A stretch of 64,000 nt of DNA from an uncultured delta proteobacterium (lineage in GTDB: Bacteria; Myxococcota_A; UBA9160; UBA4427), in the NCBI GenBank assembly GCA_963822965.1, contig CAWGJT010000008.1, positions 102,829 to 166,828 of the forward strand, in the 5' to 3' direction. How positions within the stretch are numbered: position 1 is the stretch's first letter; each line of letters opens with the position of its first letter. Shown one piece after another: positions 1-9,266 of the stretch. Position numbers and translations under genes: made by a program. The notes beneath the pieces are model-generated. The model searched no databases, had not been told where the DNA came from, and was given only the letters and a program-made list of their open reading frames with translations.

Positions 1-1
1 C

Positions 2-94
2 AAGTCGTTCGTTCCGGAGTTCACCATCAAGGGCCCGATGGAGGAGCAGATCCGCAGCATGACCGAGGCGCTGGAGGAGCGCCTGCAGGCCTGA
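2..94 (+). CDS. 3' end of an unknown CDS (partial, window edge)
   Basis: Open frame KSFVPEFTIKGPMEEQIRSMTEALEERLQA* with high-GC codon usage; its TGA overlaps the next ATG (TGATG). Confidence 0.6.
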   Translation, partial: KSFVPEFTIKGPMEEQIRSMTEALEERLQA

Positions 95-939
95 TGGGAA
101 GCGTCGTCACCGCCGACGGCCTGCGGCTGCACGTGGAGGCGCATCCCGAAGCGCCGGGACGGGCCGGAGACGGCCGCATCCCGATCCTCTTCTCGTGCGC
201 CTTCTCCACCACCCTCGAGAACTGGCGCCCCCAGGTGGAGCCGCTCACCCGTGCGGGAGCCCGCGTGATCCTGTGGGACTACCGCGGGCACGGAAGCTCC
301 GACGCACCCCACGATCCCGCGGCCTACACACTGGACCGGGTGCTCGACGACCTCGGTCGCGTGCTGGACGAGACGGCTCCCGGTGAGCCGGTCGTGCTGG
401 CGGGACTCTCCTTCGGCGGGTTGGCGTCGCTCCACTTCGCCGCGCGCCATCCGGAGCGGGTTCGCGCTCTGGTTCTGGTGGCTGCCGGGCCGGGCTTCAA
501 GAATCCCGAGGCGGCCGCGCGCTGGCAGGCGCGCACGGATCGGACCGCCGAGCTCATCGAGACCCGCGGCTTCGAGGCCTTCGTGCACGGAAAGGCCGGA
601 CCGACGTGCATCGGCGGTCGGCCGGAGCTGCCGGCGGCGCGCGCCGCCGCCCGGGCCATGGTCGCTCAGGACCCCGTGGCGGTGGGTCTCTTCGCACGTC
701 GGGTCGCGGGGCCGGCGCCCTCGGTGATCGACGCCCTGGCAAAGATCGACGTGCCGGCGCTCGTGGTGGTCGGCGAGCACGACACCGCCTTCCACCAGGC
801 GGCCGAGGTGATGGCCAGCAAGCTCCCCCGCGCGCGCAGCGAGCGGGTCGCCGGGGGCGGACACATCCTGAACATCGAGGTCGCGCCGCGATTCGACGCC
901 TTGGTGACGGACTTCCTGCGGTCCCTGCCGGCACCCTGA
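94..939 (+). CDS. alpha/beta fold hydrolase
   Basis: DYRGHGSS, nucleophile elbow GLSFGG, VGEHD and GHILN catalytic Asp/His motifs. Confidence 0.9.
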   Translation: MGSVVTADGLRLHVEAHPEAPGRAGDGRIPILFSCAFSTTLENWRPQVEPLTRAGARVILWDYRGHGSSDAPHDPAAYTLDRVLDDLGRVLDETAPGEPVVLAGLSFGGLASLHFAARHPERVRALVLVAAGPGFKNPEAAARWQARTDRTAELIETRGFEAFVHGKAGPTCIGGRPELPAARAAARAMVAQDPVAVGLFARRVAGPAPSVIDALAKIDVPALVVVGEHDTAFHQAAEVMASKLPRARSERVAGGGHILNIEVAPRFDALVTDFLRSLPAP

Positions 940-1022
940 CCGCTGCCGGTGGGCTGCCGGGGGTGGCGTCCGGCGCGAAACCTCTCGCGACCTCGCGGGT
1001 TGAAGAGGAGCGGAGGAAGCTC

Positions 1023-1667
1023 TTGGGTGGTTCGCGCGACCGGGGCGACCGGGACGAGGACGTCCTGCTGATGCTCGCCCTGTCACGGGGCGACGACGCG
1101 GCGTTCGACGTCCTGTTCTCGCGTTGGGCGGGCCGCCTGCTCGGCTACCTGCAGCGGATGGTCTTCGATGCCGGCACCGCCGAGGAGCTCGTCCAGGAGG
1201 CGTTCCTGCGGGTGTATCGGGCACGCGAAAGCTACCAGGCGGAGTCGCGCTTCTCGACGTGGCTGTACCGGATCGCGACGAACCTCGCCCTCAACGAGCT
1301 GCGGCGGCCGCGAAGGCGTCGCCCTCATGCCAGCACGGACGACGAAGCCGCGCCGATCCCGCTCTTCGCGACGGGCCCCGCACCGGACACCGCCGCGCAC
1401 GCGCGGCTCGCCGTCGCCGGTCTCGAGGGCGCGCTCGAGCGGCTCCCCGAGCGGCAGCGGATGGCGCTCTGGCTGGCGGCCGTCGAGGGATGCTCCTACG
1501 CGGAGGTGGCGGTCTCGCTCGGGACGACGGAGAAGTCCGTGAAGTCGCTGGTGCACCGAGCGCGGGTCGCGCTCGTCGAGCATCTCCCGCGTTCGGCCGC
1601 CGGCGGTGCGAGAGATGCGACGACCCACAAGCCGGCAGCCCGAAGGGGCAGGGAGGTAGGCTCGTGA
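1023..1667 (+). CDS. ECF sigma-70 factor
   Basis: AEELVQEAFLRVY, FSTWLYRIATN, LERLPERQR, SYAEVA...VKSLVHRAR. TTG start inferred after a GGAGG RBS. Confidence 0.92.
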   Translation: MGGSRDRGDRDEDVLLMLALSRGDDAAFDVLFSRWAGRLLGYLQRMVFDAGTAEELVQEAFLRVYRARESYQAESRFSTWLYRIATNLALNELRRPRRRRPHASTDDEAAPIPLFATGPAPDTAAHARLAVAGLEGALERLPERQRMALWLAAVEGCSYAEVAVSLGTTEKSVKSLVHRARVALVEHLPRSAAGGARDATTHKPAARRGREVGS

Positions 1668-2185
1668 CCGAGGTGGATCGGGCCGAAGGGCTCGACGTGG
1701 ACCTGTCGGCCTGGATCGACGGCGAGCTCGAGCCCGAGCACGAAGCGGAGCTGCGTGCGCACCTGGCCGCCGAGCCCGAGCTCGCGGCGCGCCTGGCCGC
1801 CTTCGAGCAGGTGGACACCGCCGTGCGATCACTGCCCATGCCGGAGCCCACCGCGAGCCTGCGGGCGGGTCTGCGTGAGCGGATTCGCGCGGAGGGCGCA
1901 CACGTGACGCGCGTCGGCCGCCGCCGCGCGTTGTGGCTGGGCGCGGCCTTCGCGGCTGCCGCCGCGCTGCTGCTCTTCCTGCTGATGCCGGAGGCCGCGC
2001 GTCCGCCCTCCAACCCGGTCGACGGTCGGAGCCTGGCGACCGGCGAGACCGGCGACCTGGAGCAGGCCAGCGACGAGGAGATCGGAATCGCCCTCGACTA
2101 CGAAACCCTGGCGGATCTCGACGTGATCGAGGATCTCGAGCTGCTCGAGCTGATGGTCGAGCTGGAGGACGCCGACCGCGGCTGA
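1664..2185 (+). CDS. membrane anti-sigma factor
   Basis: GTG overlaps the sigma stop. LSAWIDGEL...LRAHL anti-sigma N-terminus without the zinc Cys ligands, one TM helix, acidic tail. Confidence 0.8.
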   Translation: MTEVDRAEGLDVDLSAWIDGELEPEHEAELRAHLAAEPELAARLAAFEQVDTAVRSLPMPEPTASLRAGLRERIRAEGAHVTRVGRRRALWLGAAFAAAAALLLFLLMPEAARPPSNPVDGRSLATGETGDLEQASDEEIGIALDYETLADLDVIEDLELLELMVELEDADRG

Positions 2186-2950
2186 ATGCACTGCCTGCTT
2201 CGATTCAGACGACGCGCCAGACGCGGTCCCGGACGATCTGCCGGACGGTCGCCCGATGCCTGGGTGTCGGTGGGCTTCGGTCCGCTCGGCCGGGCGGGCG
2301 CCGCGTTGCTCATCGCGCTCCTGTGGCTCCCGTTGGCGGGGCATGCGGCGCGCGCCGGGTCCGACACCGACGCCCCGCTGCTGGAGACGTCTCTGCCGGA
2401 CGGGCCCGGACCCGGGAGCCGGTTCCAGCAGCGACTCGAGCGGCGTCGCGAGCGCCTGCAGCGCTTCCTCGACGCGCTTCCGGAAGCCGAGCGCCAGCAC
2501 TACGAGCAGCGCATCCAGGAGCTCGAGCGAGGGCGCGATTCCTTCGCCGAGCTCTCGCCGGCGGAGCGCGACGAGCTGCGGGCGAAGTGGCGCGCCCTGC
2601 GCGACGAGCTGCAGGGCCGCCGCTGGCAGGCTCGGCAGGAGCTGCGCTCCCTGCCGCCCGCCGAGCGCCGCGAGCTCGTCCGCAAGCTCCGGCGGTTCCG
2701 GGACCTGCCGGAATCCGAGCAGCGGGCGCTGCGCGAGCGCTACCACCTGCTGCAGGAGCTGACGCCCGCGGAGCGCGAGCGGCTGCGCGAGAATGCCCGG
2801 CGCTGGAACGAGATGTCCCCCGAGCGTCGCGAGCGGCTGCGCGCGCAGCAGCAGCGGCTGCGCGCGCTCCCGCCCGAGGAGCGGCAGCAGCTGCTGGAGA
2901 CGCTTCGGGATCGCCGCCGGAGCGCCGACGCCGCCGCCGACGTACCCTGA
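2186..2950 (+). CDS. DUF3106-like exported helical-repeat protein (true start may be downstream)
   Basis: Hydrophobic signal-like segment, then repeated L(S/P)PAER/EER helices; typical third gene of ECF/anti-sigma operons. Confidence 0.7.
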   Translation: MHCLLRFRRRARRGPGRSAGRSPDAWVSVGFGPLGRAGAALLIALLWLPLAGHAARAGSDTDAPLLETSLPDGPGPGSRFQQRLERRRERLQRFLDALPEAERQHYEQRIQELERGRDSFAELSPAERDELRAKWRALRDELQGRRWQARQELRSLPPAERRELVRKLRRFRDLPESEQRALRERYHLLQELTPAERERLRENARRWNEMSPERRERLRAQQQRLRALPPEERQQLLETLRDRRRSADAAADVP

Positions 2951-2967
2951 TCGGCCGCCGCGCGCGG

Positions 2968-3134
2968 CTAGGAGCCAGACCCAAGACACCTCGCGCCGCC
3001 CTGACGCCGATGCATCGCCGCTGGCTGCGTTGCGCTGCGTCGCCGTAGGCCGCGCTACGGCCTCCTCACGCGCCTTGCCAGTGGCGCGCCTCGACGCCAG
3101 GGCTTTCCACGGGAGTCTTGGAACTGACACCTAG
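2968..3134. mobile_element. MITE-like non-autonomous element (167 bp)
   Basis: Imperfect terminal inverted repeats CTAGGAGCCAGACCCAAGAC / revcomp CTAGGTGTCAGTTCCAAGAC (16/20), CTAG at both ends, nested internal inverted repeats. Confidence 0.6.
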
Positions 3135-4663
3135 GAGCGGCCGGAGTCCGGGACGTCGATCCCCTGGGCGCGCGCAACCGCGAGCAGATCGCCCAGGCCG
3201 CGCTTGAAGTGCGCCGCCTGGAACCCCTCGCGCTGCATCAGCTCGGCGAGGTGGGCGCTCTTGAGGCCGAACTCGCAGTAGATCACGTACGGCCGGTCCT
3301 TCGGCATCGACGGATGGGCGCGCAGGGCCGTCGCGAAGTCGAGGAACAGGGCGTCGGGGTAGTGCCAGGCCTGATAGGCGGCCTTCGAGCGGAGGTCGAT
3401 CACCGTGGTCCCGGGCGGGATCTCTCGGGCCTCGAGCTCGGGCATCTCCATCGCCGCCAGGTCGAGCTCGCGCAGATCCAGGACGCTGCGCTCGGCGACG
3501 ACCCGCTCGAGGATGGTCGGGTCGAGTCGCTTCTCCTGCTCCTGGATGTCGGCGAGCGAGGCCGCCGTCGCGGGCTTTCCGGGCACGATCGCGCAGTACT
3601 CGCCCACCTGCTTCGACAGCTCGTAGGTGCCGATGTTGCGGGCGAGCTGGAGGATCTCGTCCTTGTTGAAGCCGACGAGCGGCCGCAGGATGGGAAGCCG
3701 CGTGGCTTCGGAGACGGTGGCCAGATTGCGCAGGGTCTGCGAGGACACCTGCCCCACCGCGTCGCCGGTGACGATGGCCTCGGCGTATCGCTCGTGGGCG
3801 ACGCGCTCCGCGGCCTGCAGCATCAGCCGCTTGAGGACGACCTGCCAGTAGCGTTGGGAGACCCGGGCCTGCAGCTCGCGGCTGACGGGGTCGAAGTCGA
3901 CCGCGTGCAGATGGGGCCGCGCGCCGTACGACCAGTCCCGGGCGAGCACTTCGAGGACGCGCACCGCTTCGAGCTGGTGCGAGCGACCGCCGAGATTGCA
4001 GAAGACGTAGTCGAGACCGATGCCGCGCTTCAGCATCAGCCAGGCGGCGACCACCGAGTCGAAGCCGCCGGAGACCAGCGAGACGGCGTTGCCCTCGACG
4101 CCGAGCGGAAGTCCCCCCGGACCGGGAAGCCGCTCGTCGAAGAAGTAGGCCTCGCCGGGCATCAGCTCGACGTACGCCGTCACCTCGGGATGCGTGAGGT
4201 CCACGCGGGCCGCGCCGGGCAGCAGCGCGGTGCCGAGTGCCCGCTCGAGGTCCGAGCCGCCCACCGGAATGCGGCTGCGATCCCCCACCCTTCGCACGCG
4301 GACCGCGAAGCGGCGGTCCCGCACCCGCTCGGCGAAGAGCTCGCGACCGGCGCGGACGAGGTCTTCCAGGCTGCTCCACGTCCGGTGCTCGGCCACGGAG
4401 ATCGACTGCGCGCCATAGACGCGCGCGAGCGCGGCGGGGTCGACGGCGCCGTCCGCCTCGATCACGATGCGGTCGCGGGTGCGGGTCACCCGGGCCCCGC
4501 TTCGTGCCGGGCCGAGGGCGTCCCGCAGGTTGCGCGCGAGCCGCTTGGTGAACTGCTGGCGCGTGGCCCGCGCCTTGGTGGTGATGTCGCCGCTGTAGCG
4601 GACGAGGATCCGGGCGCGATCGTGCCCGGCGGCGTTCTCGTCGGGCGGTGCGGTCGAGGACAT
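3131..4663 (-). CDS. thiI: tRNA 4-thiouridine synthase ThiI with C-terminal rhodanese domain
   Basis: THUMP domain, GPGGLPLG, PP-loop SGGFDS, GQVSSQT, LRPL, EYC, rhodanese VIYCEFGLKS. Confidence 0.93.
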   Translation of the reverse strand: MSSTAPPDENAAGHDRARILVRYSGDITTKARATRQQFTKRLARNLRDALGPARSGARVTRTRDRIVIEADGAVDPAALARVYGAQSISVAEHRTWSSLEDLVRAGRELFAERVRDRRFAVRVRRVGDRSRIPVGGSDLERALGTALLPGAARVDLTHPEVTAYVELMPGEAYFFDERLPGPGGLPLGVEGNAVSLVSGGFDSVVAAWLMLKRGIGLDYVFCNLGGRSHQLEAVRVLEVLARDWSYGARPHLHAVDFDPVSRELQARVSQRYWQVVLKRLMLQAAERVAHERYAEAIVTGDAVGQVSSQTLRNLATVSEATRLPILRPLVGFNKDEILQLARNIGTYELSKQVGEYCAIVPGKPATAASLADIQEQEKRLDPTILERVVAERSVLDLRELDLAAMEMPELEAREIPPGTTVIDLRSKAAYQAWHYPDALFLDFATALRAHPSMPKDRPYVIYCEFGLKSAHLAELMQREGFQAAHFKRGLGDLLAVARAQGIDVPDSGRS

Positions 4664-4766
4664 GGCGGGAACATACTCCGGCGCGAGGGGGGCGTACGGT
4701 CTGGGGCATCATGGACGAGTCGGTCGGCCTGCGGGGGCCCGGAAGACGGCGCATCGGGGAGGGCGC

Positions 4767-5450
4767 GTGGGAGCCGGATGGGGGGACGGTCGCAGGAGGC
4801 GCTGGCACCGGTGGTGCCTGCTGCCCGCCCTGCTGCTCGCCTGCAGCCACCAGGCGGCTCCTCCCGATCCCGGACGCGGCGACCGCGAGGACGGGGACGC
4901 GGCCCTCGCCCAGGGACACCCCGACGAGGCCGTGGCCGCCTACCGCCGGGCTCTCGGGGTGGCTCCCGAGGACCTGGGCGCGCTGCGAGGGCTGATGGCC
5001 GCCGAGGTCGCGGCTGGCGACGCCGAGGCTGCGCTCGAGACGCTGGCCCGGCTGGCGGCGGGGGATCCGGAGCCCGTGGATCCCTGCCCGGCTCTCGAGC
5101 TGGCCTCGAGGAGACGCCTGGAGCGGGGCGATCTCGCCGGTTCCGAGCAGGCTTCCCGCGGGGGCATCAAGGCTCGTTGCACGGGCTCGGACCTCCGGCT
5201 CGCACGGGTCCTCGACGAGCAGGCGGTGGTGGCTCGCTCCGCGGGCGATCTCGAGGCGGCGCTCGCCCTGGAGCGAGAGGCGATCGCCCTCGACCCGGGC
5301 CAGCCGGCCCGCTTCGAGCGCGCCGCGGAGCTTCTCCTCGACGAGGACCGGGTGGAGGAGGCCGTCACCCTGCTCGCGAGCGGGCTCGAGCAGCATCCCG
5401 AGGATCGCGAGCTGCGCGATCTGATGGTCCGAGCGCTCTCGATTCGCTAA
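4767..5450 (+). CDS. TPR-repeat lipoprotein
   Basis: Lipobox LLAC and TPR-like helices (EAVAAYRRAL...P, EAIALDP); start chosen by a GGGAGG RBS. Confidence 0.7.
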   Translation: MGAGWGDGRRRRWHRWCLLPALLLACSHQAAPPDPGRGDREDGDAALAQGHPDEAVAAYRRALGVAPEDLGALRGLMAAEVAAGDAEAALETLARLAAGDPEPVDPCPALELASRRRLERGDLAGSEQASRGGIKARCTGSDLRLARVLDEQAVVARSAGDLEAALALEREAIALDPGQPARFERAAELLLDEDRVEEAVTLLASGLEQHPEDRELRDLMVRALSIR

Positions 5451-5554
5451 ACATCGCGGCCGCTTGCGGTGACCGTCCGCAGGAGTTTCGCGCCAGCGGC
5501 CGCCGCTGATGCGCCGGATCCCCCGGCGAACTGCCTCAACCCCGGAGTAGTCCC

Positions 5555-6648
<1,094 letters not shown>

Positions 6649-6822
6649 ACCTGCTTGCGGGCGCCGGCAGGAACGCCCACTATCTGCCGCCGGGAGAAGA
6701 GGAAGGGTGAAGGCGCGGCAGCCATGTCACGCCCGGTGCCCCGGGGGCGGGCCAACCAATTCGTCTCCGGAACACGATTTTCCGATCGCGTACACACCGC
6801 AAGAATCGGAACGAGGGGAAAG

Positions 6823-7347
6823 ATGACGCGACAACCCATTGGACGGGTCTCCATGAAGCTCGCGGCCTGCATGATCGCCCTGGGCATGGGCTTTCTCGGC
6901 TGCACGACGACGTCCGAGGAAGAGGGCAAGACCGACACGGGAAGTGAGTTCGTGCAGGGCGATCAGGAGGACGTCGAGGTCGTCGAGGTCGAGGACACCA
7001 CCGTGACCGACACCGTCACGCTCGATCTGCAGACGGTCTACTTCGCGTTCGACAGCTCGAGCATCCGCCAGGACGCACGCCCGGTGCTGCGCTCGAACGG
7101 AGATCAGCTGCGGACGGCGGGTACCGCGGTCCGGCTCGAGGGCTATTGCGACGAGCGGGGCGACGAGGAGTACAACCTGGCGCTCGGCGAGCGCCGGGCC
7201 AACTCGGTGAAGCAGTACCTGGAGAACCTGGGCGTTCCGGGCTCGCAGATGCGCACGATCTCGTACGGCGAGGCCAAGCCCGCCGTCCCGGGGCACACCG
7301 AGGAAGCGTGGAAGTACAACCGTCGCGTCGAGTTCCATACGCGCTAG
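6823..7347 (+). CDS. pal: peptidoglycan-associated lipoprotein (OmpA family)
   Basis: Lipobox FLGC; VYFAFDS, EGYCDERG, YNLALGERRA, SYGE, NRRVEF. Confidence 0.9.
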   Translation: MTRQPIGRVSMKLAACMIALGMGFLGCTTTSEEEGKTDTGSEFVQGDQEDVEVVEVEDTTVTDTVTLDLQTVYFAFDSSSIRQDARPVLRSNGDQLRTAGTAVRLEGYCDERGDEEYNLALGERRANSVKQYLENLGVPGSQMRTISYGEAKPAVPGHTEEAWKYNRRVEFHTR

Positions 7348-7417
7348 CGGTCCGACCCGAGAGGGGTCGGCGGCCGCGGCATTCGCCCGCGGCTGGCGTA
7401 CAGGAGCTGTGATGATG

Positions 7418-7451
7418 GAGGCGGGTCGGGCGATGCCCGACCCGCCTCTTT
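7418..7451 (+). terminator. probable intrinsic terminator after pal
   Basis: Perfect 14-bp stem GAGGCGGGTCGGGC-GAT-GCCCGACCCGCCTC followed by TTT. Confidence 0.6.
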
Positions 7452-7526
7452 CGTGATACCGTCGTTCGGTCGCCTTCGTGTACCGTTTTCTGGTTACAGA
7501 CGGTCACAGACCTGGAGCCCCCCAAC

Positions 7527-9190
7527 ATGTCCGATTCCAATACCGCTCACGGCGGTCAGCTCGCCGCTCGCGCCCTCAAGCAGGCCGGCGTCGAGGTCGT
7601 CTTCACGCTCTCCGGCGGCCACATCATGCCGCTCTACGAAGGCTGCATGGACGAGGGCATCCGCATCGTCGACGTGCGCCACGAGCAGGCCGCCGTCCAC
7701 GCGGCGGACGCCTGGGCGCGCTGCAACCCGGGCCGGATCGGCGTCGCGGCGATCACCGCGGGGCCCGGCGTGACCGACGGCGTCACCGGCGTCGCGAACG
7801 CCTGGCGCGCGAACTCGCCGATCCTGGTGTTCGGCGGGCAGGGGCCGTTCAACAACCTGCGGCGCGGCTGCCTGCAGGAGATGGACCACATCGGCGTGAT
7901 GCGGCCGATCACGAAGTACGCCGACGCCTGCTACGAGACCTACCGCATCCCCGAGTACATCGAGCTCGCGATCCGGCACGCGGTCTCGGGCATCGCCCGG
8001 CCCGGCCTTCCTCGAGATCCCGATGGACATCTTCATGACGCAGGTGCCGTGGGAGAAGGCGCCGATCCCGCGGATCCGCACCCAGCCGCCGCGCCTGTCG
8101 CCGGACCGTCGCGAGGTGCGCAAGCGCCATCGACGCCCTCGCGCGCGCCGAGCGTCCGATGCTGATGGCCGGCACGAGCGTGAAGTGGTCGAGCGCCGCC
8201 GCCGGCGATGAACGCGCTTCATCGCCGAGACCCACATCCCCACCTACACGAACGGCATGGGTCGCGGCACGGTTCCGCCGGACTCGCCCGAGTTCCTGAA
8301 CCGCTCCCGGCGCGACGCGATGAAGCAGATCGACTGCATCGTGCTGGCCGGAACCCTGCTCGACTTCCGCATGCGCTTCGGCGCCACGATCCCCACGGAC
8401 GCGAAGATCATCCAGCTCGACATGGACGCGACGCTGATCGGGCAGAACCGTCAGACCGACGTCCCGCTGGTCGGCAATCTCGCCTGCTCGCTTCGAGCTG
8501 CTCTCCGAGGAGATGAAGAACCAGGGCGTGAAGCTCGACTTCTCGGCCTGGCGCGACGAGCTCCGCGAGATCGAGAACGCCGCGGAAGCCAAGGTGCAGG
8601 CGGCGCTCGACAGCGACGAGTCGCCCGTCGATCCCCAGCGCATGTGCCGCGAGGTGCGCGACTGGCTCGACACCCTCGAATCCCCATCGTGATCGGCGAC
8701 GGCGGCGACATCGTGGCGACCGCCGCCAAGATCATTCCGGTGCGGAGCGAGGGCGCCTGGATGGATCCGGGACCGCTCGGCACCCTGGGCGTCGGCATGC
8801 CCTTCGCGCTGGCCGCCCAGCTCTCGCACCCGGATCGGCGGGTCGTGATCGTCTACGGCGACGGCTCGTTCGGCCTGAACGGCTTCGAGTTCGACACCGC
8901 CGTGCGCTTCGACCTGCCCATCATCGGCGTGGTGGGCAACGACGCCGCCTGGGGCCAGATGATGCGGCCCCAGGGCGCGATGATCGGCTGGGACCGGCTC
9001 GACGGCACGCTGCTGAACCCCACCCGCTACGACAAGGTCGTCGAGGCGCTCGGCGGTCACGGCGAGCTCGTGGAGCGGCCCGAGGAGCTGCGTCCGGCCC
9101 TCGAGCGCGCCGCGGCCTCGGGCAAGCCCGCGCTGCGTGAACGTGATGATCCGGCAGGATCGCGAGTTCAAGGGCGGGATCTACGTCTGA
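7527..9190 (+). CDS. thiamine-pyrophosphate-dependent enzyme (acetolactate synthase-like / 2-hydroxyacyl-CoA lyase-like), frameshifted
   Basis: VFTLSGGHI, VRHEQAAVHAAD, TAGPGVT, DPGPLGTLGVG, GDGSFG...NDAAWG ThDP motif. Confidence 0.88.
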
Positions 9191-9266
9191 GTCCGACCGA
9201 CCCCGCCGGCAGGCCCGGGAGCCGGAGGTAGCGGCTCCGGAGCCGGCGCCGCTCCACGGGCGGGCG

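Noticed and set aside
3066..5509. Long overlapping ORFs (776 aa minus, 766 aa plus) and similar shadow ORFs across high-GC regions
   Set aside because: These are Arg/Pro/Gly-rich off-frame or antisense shadows of real genes, expected where stop codons are rare.
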